In this document: piece after piece, positions 12,344 to 24,752 of the stretch
Numbering within the stretch: the first letter of the stretch is position 1
Layout: the number at the start of each line of letters is the position of its first letter
Source: Tubulanus polymorphus
Taxonomy: Eukaryota > Animalia > Nemertea
NCBI RefSeq assembly: GCF_964204645.1
Contig: NC_134035.1
Span: 11,812,451 to 11,876,450 of the forward strand
DNA length: 64,000 nt
Direction: 5' to 3'
Made by a program: the position numbers and the translations under genes
Notes under the pieces: model-generated
What the model was told of the DNA's origin: nothing
Databases searched by the model: none
Seen by the model: the letters and a program-made list of their open reading frames with translations, nothing else

Positions 12344-14345
12344 ATGAGTTGCACGATTGAGAAGATTTTGAACGACGCTAAACTTCTGGTGAACAGATTG
12401 AAGGATCACGATAATGCCGCCGACAGCCTCATCATACAGGCTCAGACATTGAACAAGAGGGTCGACGCTATGAAACAGGTAGATAATAATAGACGCCTAC
12501 AGATTTTACACTTCAGTCAATAGACCTGGCATTTAAAATTGAAGCGAGAAATTGATTTACTTTTTTGATCTTAAAATAGGGATTGACCCTGTTATTTATT
12601 TGATTGGTAGATTTCGTTTAATTTTCTGTTTCGGTGTCCCTTACAAATTAATTTCTTTTATTTAAATTAGTTTAAAAGAATGTGGATATTTTGCCGATGC
12701 GGCATCATTTTAGTAAACGCTATTTCGACCGACTCCTACAGCCGACTCCGCTCGAGTCGGATCATTTGAGAGCGTAAAAATGTGTCCGACATGAGTAATA
12801 TCTGAGTTGGGTGTATGTATTTCTTAAATAGTGTCATAAAAAATTTGCTGACATTGGAAGTTTTCCAATTGATGCTATCGAATGAAACACTCTCGCTCCA
12901 GCATCAACCTTCTTTGGGGTTTCACCCATCCTCCCTCTGCAGGGACTCGAACCTGATGGTATCGCTACACTCAGCCACGGCACGAACCCCTGCATCAGTA
13001 GACCGGGTGCGCAGTTATATGCGCAGCTATCCGAACGAAAACTGGCGGCACCAATCAGATTGCTCGTTGTATAATCGTTTCAAGGAAGAACTATAAATGG
13101 GAAAACCCGGGCTAGAATAAAACGGGATTTCTGATTGGCTAAAAATCACATCATCTGAACTGCGCATGTATCTGAGCACACGGTTGATTATGGCAGGGTT
13201 TCGTGCCTTGGCAATCTCGATGCCATCAGGTTCGAATCTCTGCCGGGGGAGGATGGGTTTCACCATTTTCAGTTGTTTGGGGGTTAACCACTTATGAAGT
13301 AGACTTTCTTAATGAAAATAGATTGCAGTAATCTTTCTCTATTTTGTATCTCTTTCAGTACGAAGAGGATCTGAACGAACTGAACGAGATCGCGCGTCAC
13401 AAACCGCGCGCGCAGCTCGTGCTCGGCATCGCGCAGGAAAACCGACAAATACGCGAACTACAACAGGAGAACAAAGAGTTGCGAATGTCGCTGGAGGAAC
13501 ATCAATCGGCGCTCGAGTTGATCATGAGTAAATACCGCGAGCAGATTCTGAAATTATTGACGGCGAATAAGATGGATATGTCAGTCATGAATAACGACAC
13601 GACTCCGGTAAGTTATTCCGCTTGCCTCGGATCTTATCGCTGGACCGATAGAGGCAGATGAATTTTAGGCCTTTCATAGCGATTATGGGTCATCATTAAC
13701 TGAATTGGATTTGTAAAAATATTTAAAAATTGCAGCAAGCAGAGTCTACTGAAATTTGTTGTGATTCTAGTTCTACAGGGCCGGAATTACTCGGAATTTG
13801 CATTTGCATCTTTTAGGATGTATTTCTTCAAAAATGCCTAAACACAGAGGATATTGCCCTGAGTGGCCTTTGATAGGCTGCTTAATCCGAGAAATACCTT
13901 TTCTTTTCTTTGGACCCCGCCCTTCCAATCTCTCTAGATCCTCGACGTGTTATTTCGGATCCTACCCAATTAATTCATCTCTAGGAATAAAAATTCAGTA
14001 TATACAACTCGTGGATGAGCAGAAACGTTAAACTGCGTTCTCGATCTTACGTTCCAGGAGATTCGTGAAAAAATCGACAAGATCTGCGAAATGGCGGCCG
14101 TCATGCAGAAAGCAGTCGCGATCGATGACAAAGTCTGCGGCGAAGACAAAGAACAAATCATACGTTTACAAATCGAAAACAAAGGACTGCGCGAGCTTTT
14201 GGAAATCAGCGCGACGATGGGCCGGTCGTTGCAGAAACCGGAGATGCACGAAGAAGAAGCGCAGACGGATATCGACGACGGCGCTTCGGCGGAAGATCTC
14301 AATAATACGGTGATCGAAGTATCGTCGGCGTCGAAATCTTCGTAG
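12344..14345 (+). CDS. FGFR1OP2: FGFR1 oncogene partner 2 / SIKE family coiled-coil protein (STRIPAK component), about 223 aa
   Basis: Exons 12344-12478, 13359-13607, 14058-14345, all phase 0 and [31 protein letters not shown]...[37 protein letters not shown]...[12 protein letters not shown]...[12 protein letters not shown] matches the family as recalled. Confidence 0.92.
12924..13258. repeat. Long imperfect palindrome (foldback/MITE-like) in an FGFR1OP2 intron; arms carry a Pol III B-box-like motif
   Basis: acccatcctccc...tcgaacctgatgg...ggcacgaa...tgcgcag mirrored by ctgcgca...ttcgtgcc...ccatcaggttcga...gggaggatgggt. Inner pair ccaatcaga/tctgattgg. Confidence 0.75.
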
Positions 14346-15330
14346 TCGACTGCGCCTTGTGTCGGGGAGCATCGTGAGTCGGGTTTACGAGTATGGATCA
14401 GTGTTGCAGCTGTTTCAGGCCCTTCCAGAAGCCTCCTAATACAAAGCCCCGATGATGTTACATTTTAGTAATTTTATCTAAAGACTTCCAGAAAACGTAA
14501 TTGAAGTGAGATCCTATCTACTAATACCAGTAGACAATTCGCTCGGTAATAATCTATCTCAGTCATAGGGACGTTTAGTACGTACAGTTGACTCATGTGC
14601 CGATAAATGAATATTCATAAGTTACAAGCCATTAGATTATCTCTGACGCGAGCGAATCAGAATGATGATAGGTCGTTGATTAACATCGCATGATGTATTG
14701 CAGTAGGAATTTTGTTTGGGCACGGGACAATAATCCGAGAAAATTGGCTCTGGCAAGCGGAGTCTACAGGACTCAGTTCTTCAGTTGTTGGTTTGGTTTA
14801 ACGTACATAAGAGTTTAAATTCAGTTGATTTCCAATGTTTCCGACTCAAGAGTCAACCGATACGGACCCGTAGCGTGGGGGTTCATTCTCCCACAAAAAA
14901 ATTGGTTCCGCTCATTGTTCCTCGCATAACGGGCTTGCAACAATGCTGAACTGGCTCCTGTAGTGATGTTCGATGAGCGAAAGGCTCTTATAGTGCTGTT
15001 ACAATGCATGTCAATGAAGTACTGTGGATTACTGTACATATGTAATTATAAAAAGAACTGTGTTCAGATTCTGTGGTTCATCTGTATGTGAACAGAGTGT
15101 GTTTCAGACATGAGCAAAATTCAGAATGGGATATTATTGAATACACAATATTACGTAATATCTTCAAAATATGCGTTTTCCTCATTCACAATCATTGTAT
15201 ATAAATATGTTATTACTGTGTATGTATTAGCCTATGTGGCTAACGTAATTGCATCAATAAGTTATGAATAAATTAAATGTTTCTTTTGGAATCCGTGAAT
15301 TGTTTTAATTCCCTGGTGAATTGTCTATAG

Positions 15331-16320
15331 CAGTAACTGTGTATCAGTCAGCTCTCCCTGGAGAGAAGTGATATTGGTATCATCACTCCTAGCCTATATC
15401 TGTAACTGTGTATCAGTCATCTCTCCCTGGAGAGAAGTGACATTGGTGTTGTTACCCCTAGCCTATATTTGTATCTGTGTATCAGTCATCTCTCCCTGGA
15501 GAGAAGTGACATTGGTGTTGTTACCCTTAGTCAATATCTGTAACTGTGTATCAGTCATCTCTCCCTGGAGAGAAGTGACATTGGTGTTGTTACCCTTAGT
15601 CAATATCTGTAACTGTGTATCAGTCATCTCTCCCTGGAGAGAAGTGACATTGGTGTTGTTACCCTTAGTCAATATCTGTAACTGTGTATCAGTCATCTAA
15701 CCCTGGAGAGAAGTGACATTGGTGTTGTTACCCCTAGCCTATATTTGTATCTGTGTATCAGTCATCTCTACCTGAAGAGAAGTGACATTGGTGTTGTTAC
15801 CCTTAGTCAATATCTGTAACTGTGTATCAGTCATCTCTCCCTGGAGAGAAGTGACATTGGTGTTGTTACCCTTAGTCAATATCTGTAACTGTGTATCAGT
15901 CATCTCTCCCTGGAGAGAAGTGACATTTGTATTATATCCCCTAGACTATATCCCTGTGTATCAGTCATCTCTCCCTGGAGAGAAGTGACATTGGTGTTGT
16001 TACCCTTAGTCAATATCTGTAACTGTGTATCAGTCATCTCTCCCTGGAGAGAAGTGACATTGGTGTTGTTACCCTTAGTCAATATCTGTAACTGTGTATC
16101 AGTCATCTCTCCCTGGAGAGAAGTGACATTTGTATTATATCCCCTAGACTATATCCCTGTGTAGGCTATCAGTCATCTCTGCGGTGAGAAGTGATATTGG
16201 TATTAATACCCCTAGCCTATATCTGTTACTGTGTATCAGTCATCTCCCTGGTGAGACCCCTAGACATCGGTATCGTTGCCCCTAGACTAATCGCTATATC
16301 TGGAACTGTGTATCAGTCAT
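15331..16320. repeat. 69-bp minisatellite, about 14 copies, with higher-order variant pattern
   Basis: Unit gtatcagtcatctctccctggagagaagtgacattggtgttgttacccttagtcaatatctgtaactgt; gives 23-aa periodic ORFs on both strands. Confidence 0.97.
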
Positions 16321-17625
16321 TTCTCTGTTCGTGGGCTAGAAGTCAAATTAGATTCAGGATCGATCAAAGCGTCTACCAAAGGTTATAGAAAAGCTGAACT
16401 GTAGATTGTTTCGTGGGGGTCTCAGAAAGTTGGATAGTCTTGGGGGCGGATCAAGGGGCATGTTGTGATCATGTTGACCGAATAAAAAGGGCATATATTC
16501 TTAATTTAGGATGGAAAGGCATATCAGAAAAATTTTTGAAATTTTACTAGAAAAGTCAAGAAGTTGGTATATATTTAGGAAAAATATCTATTGTGTATCT
16601 CAGGTGGTTACAACGGCAAATTTTGATACAGAGAAACGGTCCTGAGTCTTGTTGCCAAATTTACATTTGGAGGCACCGAATACATAGCGGTACATTTACT
16701 TCCTTCAGAGATTTGCGACAGATTCTCTCCTGCAGCATAGTACAAACAGCCATCGAAATGAGAGACAATTCATTAAAGATTTACATGCATTTTATTTGCT
16801 ATTTAGTACATAATATATATGAGTATGTTAACACTGCTTTAATATCAATACATATTCGAACCATGATTCTCGAGAAAAATATCTCTGCAAATGGTTAAAA
16901 TAAAGAACTGTTCATGAAAGCGATAAACACAATTTTCATTCTACAAAACGCGGTTAGTTCGAAAATAAAAAATAGAGAGATTTTCATCGATAGATAAACG
17001 TATCAACAGTACAAAAATAAAATGCAATTTCTTCCGAGATTTCAATCCAGTTCGATCTGACAATGAGTGATTTCCACAATGTAGCAAACATTTATACCCT
17101 TTTAGTAATTGTAAAGACAGTAATTAGCCTACACAGTTGCGAATGATTCAACAGCAAATTTGATACATTCATTCATAAGTGCTCTGTAAATAATAGTGAG
17201 CTGAATTCAACTGATTGGTTTAAAGCTTGATGTAGATTTTTCTACAAGCTTCAGTGTATAACGGTTTATTCTAGCTGTTCGAATCTGCCTTGATTGAAGT
17301 CTGTATAGAATAACAGCATTTCACAGGATTTGACCCGATAACCGACTTGAGAATCACTAAGTAATTGAAGGATTTTCTAAATACATTGAACGGTTTTACA
17401 GCGCAAGACAGCATCTACTGGTCAAAGTACAAGTTCATCATTTGATATCATCACATTTCCCTTTAATCCGTGTTAATCATTTAAATACACTTGATTTTAA
17501 AGTTTTCAATCACTAGACCGTCCTTTAAACGGCAGAGGCTATGACACGGTCATATACACGATTCAATAACAAATGCCCCAGTTGTACATTACATAAATAC
17601 AAAATAACAGCATCATTGATATACC

Positions 17626-17851
17626 CAGGGCTGCCAACCTCTGAAACGTGCTGTCAAGTGACAGATTGATTTTTTTTCAGTAAAATTGCATTGAAACATG
17701 ATGAAAGAAAATGTTCAGATTAATCAGTAATCAACAGTAAAATCCCCAGCAACATCTTTCATATTTCTGTATCCATCAAACAAATCAAATCAGTATTTCT
17801 CGTCATAGAATAGTAACAAATACTGAAAATCAGGAACCGTTGGCAGCTCTG
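17626..17851. mobile_element. MITE with terminal inverted repeats CAGGGCTGCCAAC / GTTGGCAGCTCTG
   Basis: TIR pair visible; no coding capacity. Confidence 0.6.
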
Positions 17852-18065
17852 TATACTGACCGAGACTGTTTTAAATACACGCACCCTACATACAGATTGA
17901 ATCATACGTCGAGTTGATATAAATAGTATAACATGATGCCCAGCAAAGACTTGGATTTAACTACATTAACTACAAACATTATCCCTCTTGTTTGTACGAG
18001 AGAATTCGTGAAGTTGCGTTAAGAATGCTACACTTCATATCTTATTATAACGAAAACAATCACAT

Positions 18066-18335
18066 CAGAGGTGGATCCAAACATTTTGAGTAGAGGGGTC
18101 GACTCAAGGCCAGTATTTTACCAGATATAATCTTATCTATATTTCAATGAAAAAAATGCATTCATAATTTAAATTTGTGCATCACCTACAGTAATTTCTG
18201 GCAGACGCCGAAACAGCAATCGATACAGATTTGAATTATTGTTAGTTTCATCATCGATATGATTGATATCACAATCAGAAAAGTTTCGAACACAGAGTAC
18301 GGGGTCAAGATCCCCGAAACCCCTCTCAATGTCCG
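18066..18335. mobile_element. Dispersed MITE-like repeat, copy of the element at 53078-53342
   Basis: Shared core acctacagtaatttctggcagacgccgaaacagcaatcgata...ttagtttcatcatcgatatgattg...tcacaatcagaaaagtttcgaa; CAG...GGATCC left end. Confidence 0.8.
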
Positions 18336-20276
18336 AGTAGTTCGGTCTCGGCTGCAACCACAGAATTTTAAAACAGAAAGATGAGATGAATGAGTTACAT
18401 GTCATATATTCATCTATAATACATTCGATTAAGACGACGTTAACCCTTTCACGTACAGAGCGTATAGGACAAACTACAGAGCCATCTGGTGACTCGAATT
18501 GAACCTAATGTCGATATACATGTATATGTTGGCTGTAAGAACATGGAACAAATATACGTCCCTCATAAATAGCGAAACAACCGACTAATTTTACATAATA
18601 CCGCTTATCTACGGTACATTATAAACTACAAACCAAGGCTAAGATACAAGTCATGGCTTACAAATAGATTTCAGGTTGATATTTCAGTAAAAATCTATGT
18701 TTTGGGCAGTGACTGAACTTCTGAGTCCATCAGTTGTAACTAACTTTCACTAATCAGATTCGGCGCACAGAATGAGTCGATTTAAAATTCAATGGCGAAG
18801 TACTTTGGAAAAACTTGCGAACTGAACATGCACCAGTAGCGTAAAGCATCAACCAATACTAAACATGCAAGACAAGGCAAACAACATCGAAGTCAAGTTT
18901 TAAAACCTTTTAGTTTTCATAAATGCTTCAAACAAACTCGGGTAGTATTATCACATTAAAAACCATCACCGCTAAGAGTTGCGTATAAATATCTTAAGTT
19001 AACTTATTTCTTATTTCTTTCAGTATAAATTTTCTAAGCATATATACCAGTATTCCATTGACACCTGAACATGAAATACACGAAATGGACACACAGGTAC
19101 ACACCGGCATAGGCATCACCAGAGGTCAGGATCTGATCGAAATCTGATGAAATTTTTTTCGCTGAAAACAGCTACTAAAATGCATCAAAATTCAATGATT
19201 TTCATAGTGGAGGCCACGACCCCAAAGTTCATATTTCTTCGAATATGAAATCATTAGATATTTGATGCCATTTCAAAAACTTCTGGTGACACCCATCGAG
19301 ACCGGACATTCCATTTGCGATACTTTGACAATCTACCAGGTAACTGGTGAACAAATAAACACCCATTGAAGTGAATTCAACGATCAAATCATCGCAGCAG
19401 GGATTGACATATGCTTCAAGCATGCAGAGAATAGCGTATACAAAACAAACAAGCCAAACAACTCCGGTTAAAGCTTCTCTTAAACTAGGATTGAGGGATT
19501 CATCGATAGCGAAGTCAGTATTCTCCGTCATCGGAAGTTTATTCCGTCAGATTTTCTGGGTTTCTCGCCGTAAAATTGTATGATAGGAGCGGCAGACTGC
19601 GAATATTGGGCGGGGTAAAATACGGGTACACCACCTACGGGCACGGGTGTGGTGGAGGATGGCGAAAATAAAAATCAGTTTTACTGATGATGCCGGTTGT
19701 GTCGCAATGTTTGAATTCAATGTTTAAGCGCGCAGAGCTGGGAAAACTAATAGCGAGGATACGGCTTATCGAGTTCCAGTAACCAGGGTGCTACATATTC
19801 TACTGCAGACTGCACGACTGACCGATAAACTGAACGTTGCCAAATTCGTTCATTTCTAATCGACTTCGAACTGGATTCAATAGGTTAACTTTCCTAATCA
19901 ATATAGTTTTCAATGATAACCGATTAACTTCAATTACGTAACAGAACGGTTGTTTGGATTTCAACCGAAATGTACAGGAACTGAGGAATCCTCACAGTGT
20001 TAACAAGCCCCGTGAATAATTTCTAAATGTAAATTTCATCAAAACATTAACAATTTCTTTATACTTGCTTGATGTCATTCGATGTACATTCAGTTTTAGG
20101 TTTAAAAACAGACATGAAATCTAAAATGTTACGTAAGAAGGTGATGTGAGTGCATTCCGTTAAAACAATATCTAAATTATAGAGTTAAAAATAACATCAG
20201 TCAGTAAACGACGTTATTCGGTAACAACGATGTTTAATAGGTAACAGGAAACGTAGGGTTAATATCGCTATCGGTA

Positions 20277-21299
20277 TTACTGCGGTTTAGGCGGTATACC
20301 GTCTGATTGATTGTAGCCAGGCGGATAGTCGGGGTTATAAGCGGGAGGAGCCGCCGATAGTTCGGGGTACACGCCACCAGGAGGAGCCGCTTGTGGAGGA
20401 TATTGGCCTGGGTAGGGATCGCCACCGTACGTGCCTGGTGGTGGTCCGTAACCAGCAGGTGGAGGCCCGGAATACTGCGCCGGGTAAGCCATATTTTGTT
20501 GTTGCGGGGGATATTGGACCCCGGGTTGGTGCTGCGGGGGATACTGAACCCCGGGTTGTTGCTGCGGGGGATAATGTATCCCAGGTTGTTGCTGTTGCGG
20601 GGGATACTGATACTGATACTGTATCGGGGCAGCTCCGACAGGCTGTTGTATAATGCGAACGGGCTGCGCGGTGTAAATGACACCCGTTTGCGGGGCTGAT
20701 TGTCTCGTACAGCAGACCGCGCGGCAGCTGATAGCCGATTGAATGATCGGTACTACAAACATCAAAATACTGACGATCAGATTGATAGCGTGCATCGCCA
20801 TACGCGCGCGGATCTGTGAGTCGCTCGACGGTTTCTGCCAAAATGTGTAGCACGACAGGTAACCGTGTCTGAGGTGGCCGTCCCAGTTTTCCATGCAGTA
20901 CTTCGCGCGTGAGTCGATGCCGAGACCGACGCACGCGAATATGAACACCATGAAACCGGCGATCGACGCGAATATCGACATCACCAGCGTACCAACGATC
21001 GGACATGAGCGTTTCGACTTGGCCGCCTGCACGCCGAGACCGCCGGCGATGAAGAAAATCACCGACACCCAGAAGCCGAAACCGATCATGTACAACGCGG
21101 CACGCGTCGGGATCATGACGATACCGGTGATCAGTATGACGAAACCGCAGACGATCTGTAAAATACCGCATCGACGCGACGAATCGTGCGCGAAGCCGCG
21201 TCGTTGTCCATCAGGTGGCGCTGCTGCTGTCATCGGTTGAACGGTCGGTTGAACGGTTGGAACGTAAATGGGACCTTGCTGCGTATTGACTTGGGCCAT
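20277..21299 (-). CDS. MS4A/CD20-like four-TM protein 1 (340 aa) with Cys-containing second loop and long Q/P/Y-rich C-tail
   Basis: Single-exon ORF; four TM segments; CD20-like motifs GILQIVCG, GFWVSVIFFIAGGLG, LVMSIFAS; juxtamembrane CRAVCC; YPPQQQPG repeats, YPEL and PPAY. Confidence 0.82.
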   Translation of the reverse strand: MAQVNTQQGPIYVPTVQPTVQPMTAAAPPDGQRRGFAHDSSRRCGILQIVCGFVILITGIVMIPTRAALYMIGFGFWVSVIFFIAGGLGVQAAKSKRSCPIVGTLVMSIFASIAGFMVFIFACVGLGIDSRAKYCMENWDGHLRHGYLSCYTFWQKPSSDSQIRARMAMHAINLIVSILMFVVPIIQSAISCRAVCCTRQSAPQTGVIYTAQPVRIIQQPVGAAPIQYQYQYPPQQQQPGIHYPPQQQPGVQYPPQHQPGVQYPPQQQNMAYPAQYSGPPPAGYGPPPGTYGGDPYPGQYPPQAAPPGGVYPELSAAPPAYNPDYPPGYNQSDGIPPKPQ

Positions 21300-21728
21300 C
21301 GTAAACTCGTGTCTAGACGTCGAGCATTAACAAACGACGCCGAACGACGACTTAAAAACGAACGCTTTTTTTTTACGGTAATTTCTTTTCTGAAATAAGC
21401 AAGAAATCGAAAGAAAACATTTAAAAAACGAAATACATTTTGGACGCAGAAAAAAAATCCAATTTCGATTTTCATCGTTTCAATTTTTTTTAAACCTGAA
21501 AATAAAAATACGGTGTCATCGTTAATGTTTTTTTTTTCGGTATTTTTTTTTTCGTTTATCTGGAAGAAACTAAAGATTAATAGATATCCGTATGAAAGAT
21601 TGCCTGAAATGAGATTCGTTTGTCGCCGAAATATCATCGAAAAATAATTTCAATTCAATCAGAGGGAAGGAATGTACGTTTTGGAGCAGAAAAATGCAAC
21701 ATAATCAAAATATTATCGATAACGAATT

Positions 21729-22643
21729 CTACTGCGGCATGTTAGGATAGAGGAGCTCGCGACCGGCGATCAACGGCTGGTCGTCTTCGGCCGCGAAATC
21801 CCTCGCCTGCGCTTGCGGCGCTTTTTTAATCGGATTAGGTCTCGGGATGACGGGCGAGCCGGCGATCGGGCGCGACCTCGCGATCTGCGGGCTGTACGCG
21901 CCGCGCGTCACCTGAGGGGAACCGTTCGAGACCCCGCGTGTCGTCTTAGCGACGCGCGGACTCGGCAACGACGTTAAAACATTCGTCAGTTTGCCGTCGA
22001 TGTAGCAATGGTCACCTTGGGAAACGGGTTTTATCCGATTGTTGTAGTTTTCGACTTTGAGGGCAAGCGATTCGTCTTTCGTCGCCACCGTATAGACGAC
22101 GCGGTCCTGCGGCTGTTGGTGTATCCGACAGCAGACTGTACGACTGCTGACGACGACCTGGATAACGGACACGACGAACACGACGGAAGCTACGAGAACA
22201 TTGATCAAATGCATGGCGATACCGGCGTCGGATTGCGCGTACAAGCTGGCGGCGCCGCCGACGAGGAAGGGTAGGAACACCAACACGACGATGAAACACG
22301 ACACGACAGACAACACCAAACAGCCGATAATGCCGCACGTTCGCTTCTGGTGCGACGCGTGCACGCCGGCGCCTCCGGCGCCGATGAAGACCAACGCGGC
22401 GATCAGACCGACCGACGGCAACGCCGTCCACGTCGTCGCCATGATCACGATCGTCGTGATGATCACCGCGGCGCCGCTGATGATCTGCACGACGCCGCAG
22501 CGCCGCGCCGACACGTGCGAGTAACCGTAACGTTGACGACGGTGTTGTTGGTGTTGGTGCTGTTGTTTTTTCCACGGTAACGGTTGAACGGTCGGTGCAT
22601 AAACTGGTGCCGTGTGCAAAACGACGATGTCGGCGTCCGTCAT
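21729..22643 (-). CDS. MS4A/CD20-like four-TM protein 2 (304 aa)
   Basis: Paralog of 20277-21299: RRCGVVQIISG, FIGAGGAGV, GCLVLSVVS, AMHLINV, SRTVCC; shared N-terminal PVYAPTVQP. Confidence 0.8.
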   Translation of the reverse strand: MTDADIVVLHTAPVYAPTVQPLPWKKQQHQHQQHRRQRYGYSHVSARRCGVVQIISGAAVIITTIVIMATTWTALPSVGLIAALVFIGAGGAGVHASHQKRTCGIIGCLVLSVVSCFIVVLVFLPFLVGGAASLYAQSDAGIAMHLINVLVASVVFVVSVIQVVVSSRTVCCRIHQQPQDRVVYTVATKDESLALKVENYNNRIKPVSQGDHCYIDGKLTNVLTSLPSPRVAKTTRGVSNGSPQVTRGAYSPQIARSRPIAGSPVIPRPNPIKKAPQAQARDFAAEDDQPLIAGRELLYPNMPQ

Positions 22644-22981
22644 GATTTGCGTTTCAGCGCGAACAATCGCGCGATCGACTACATAGATTTTGTGTGCTGT
22701 TTAATGATTGGTGGTTTTGGTGGCGTCTGAAAAATTGGAAACAAACAATTTATACAATGAATAATGTTACGTATAGTAACAGTAAACTCAGCTGCAGTCC
22801 GATAACCTTTATTCTCGGAATGGTTGATCATATGCACACAAATGAGGGAAACAGGGAATAAAACATGTTTGATTTCGGAAAACATGTTTCTCGTTTCTCG
22901 TAAACGCGCATGATACAGGGAAACACTTGGAAACATGTTTCCATCTCCTGTTTCTCTTCATCGTGTGCATTGGGCCTAATG

Positions 22982-23159
22982 TACAGTCAAACCTGCTCAA
23001 TTTGCATCAGTTCAATCCGGAAATTCATCTCATCCCGATATTGTTTACGGTTCATTTATACGTAATTACATGAAAAAATGAAGTTGGATTGAGATTTCTT
23101 AAATACCTCATAGATTAAATGAATCTCAACTGATCTGGATTAAACGGGTTCGACTTTAT
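22982..23159. mobile_element. Tc1/mariner-pogo-type MITE (TA|CAGTCAAACC ... GGTTCGACTT|TA)
   Basis: Imperfect TIRs starting CAGT flanked by TA. Confidence 0.5.
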
Positions 23160-23927
23160 AATCCAATTCGGATATCACTCCTCACGCTCAAAAATATCAG
23201 ACTCCAGCCGAGTCTACTGTACTTAGGCCTTCATTATGTTTCAGCATAGAACATTCGCCAATAGTAACATGTAACTAGTGAGCACTGAAAGGGTTCTAAC
23301 CGAGTTCGTAAAACTGATATCCTGCGGAGAAATGTTTCGTATGAGTTCTCGCTCGAGTCAACGAATCCAAAATAGTTGAACCTAATTTCACGGCAAGCAA
23401 AAAATTATACACAAAGAGATAGATTAAAAAGAAACAAGAAAAATTGAATACGGATTCGACGCTTTCAAAAAAAGATTTACGTAAAATTTTGTTAAGTGTA
23501 GAATATTCTAAAATGTGAAGCATGTGGCAATAGATGGGAAACATCTGCTATAGTTTCAATGGTCTAAAAACGGGAGCCGTTGAAATACGTTATTCCAACT
23601 AGCGTTGTGCTGCGGTGCGCCGTGTGCATATCCAGCCTCCAGCCTCTTATTCCGACTAACGCATCATCTTCATGTAAGCAGATTCCACATTTTTCACTAT
23701 TCTTAGGGTGAAATTCGATCTCGAGGTGACACCCGGATGTCCAGATAACGCTCATAGTTGAAGACGACTATATCCGATATAGATCAGAAATAGTATCATG
23801 TGGTAATCTGGACTAGCCTCAAATTCATGTAGCACACCTAAGTTCACTTCGATGGTATTTTGTTGTTTTTCAAGTCATCACAGCAACCGATTATGAAGTT
23901 GGGGGGGATTCGCATCAGTTGTCGCAT

Positions 23928-24752
23928 TCAAGTGGTGATTGCGAGTGAATACGGAGGTGGAGGTGTATCCGGTGGTATATATTCATTCGTATCCGGCTGC
24001 TGTAAAATGGTGTTATCATCGACAGCTGTATCGCCGTTACTATCATCAACAGACGCGATCCGTAACGACTCCGAACACGACGACGGCTGACGGAGATTTT
24101 CTCGTCGCTGCGGGGATTCCGGGACGTTTCTCACGTTATCCCCGACGTCTCGTACATTAGTGTCCGGTTTGGGGAAACACTTCGCGGTGGTCGCGACGAC
24201 GACGTACGCGGGAGGCCGATCGACGACGTCCGCCAATTCGAACTCGGACGACGCGACGACCGAAACGTCCGTCCGTCGACAAAACAGAGTTTGCGCGCAC
24301 AACGAAGCCAACGCCAACGAAACTAAACACGGAATAAGAACCAACGCGGACACGACGCTTCTCAACGCGACGTCGCCGGCGGCGAATACGTACGAATGAG
24401 CGTAGAATATGACGAAGTGCAAACCGGCGAAAAACGATACGATCGCCGCGATCAGAGTTCCGTTGATCATACACGTCAGTTTGGTGCGTGTGGTTTGAAC
24501 GGCGAACCCGCCCGTCGCGATGAACAACGCGCCCGATACGTAGCTGAATCCGTTTACGAACTCGACGCCGATCACGAGACCGACGATCAGTAGCGTAGAC
24601 GTCGATATCGCGCCGCAAAATATCAGCAGAATTCCGGCGCGCCACACGTACGCGTCCGGGAAACCGGGTCGTCTGTCGCCGCGAGGCGGGCCTTCTCGCA
24701 GCGGCCCAGCGTACAACGGCGCCGAAACTCGTCTCGCCGGAAGAGCTTCCAT
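23928..24752 (-). CDS. MS4A/CD20-like four-TM protein 3 (274 aa), more diverged
   Basis: Four TM segments; AGILLIFCG, GALFIATGGFAV, TCMINGTLIAAIVS, CAQTLFC; C-tail PPAY and PPPPY. Confidence 0.75.
   Translation of the reverse strand: MEALPARRVSAPLYAGPLREGPPRGDRRPGFPDAYVWRAGILLIFCGAISTSTLLIVGLVIGVEFVNGFSYVSGALFIATGGFAVQTTRTKLTCMINGTLIAAIVSFFAGLHFVIFYAHSYVFAAGDVALRSVVSALVLIPCLVSLALASLCAQTLFCRRTDVSVVASSEFELADVVDRPPAYVVVATTAKCFPKPDTNVRDVGDNVRNVPESPQRRENLRQPSSCSESLRIASVDDSNGDTAVDDNTILQQPDTNEYIPPDTPPPPYSLAITT

Noticed and set aside
15368-16106. Periodic Cys-rich ORFs and a CRISPR-like look of the 69-bp array
   Set aside because: Head-to-tail repeats with no unique spacers in eukaryotic DNA; ORFs follow from a unit length divisible by 3 and lack gene context.
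19144-19170. Other CTGATGA occurrences (e.g. near 3448, 19144, 28854, 45264) as hammerheads or C/D snoRNA boxes
   Set aside because: No stem II followed by GAAA, and no convincing paired C/D boxes with terminal stem.
19229-19583. 100-aa and 70-aa ORFs downstream of MS4A-like gene 1
   Set aside because: No recognisable motif or splice context; probably within a long 3' UTR.
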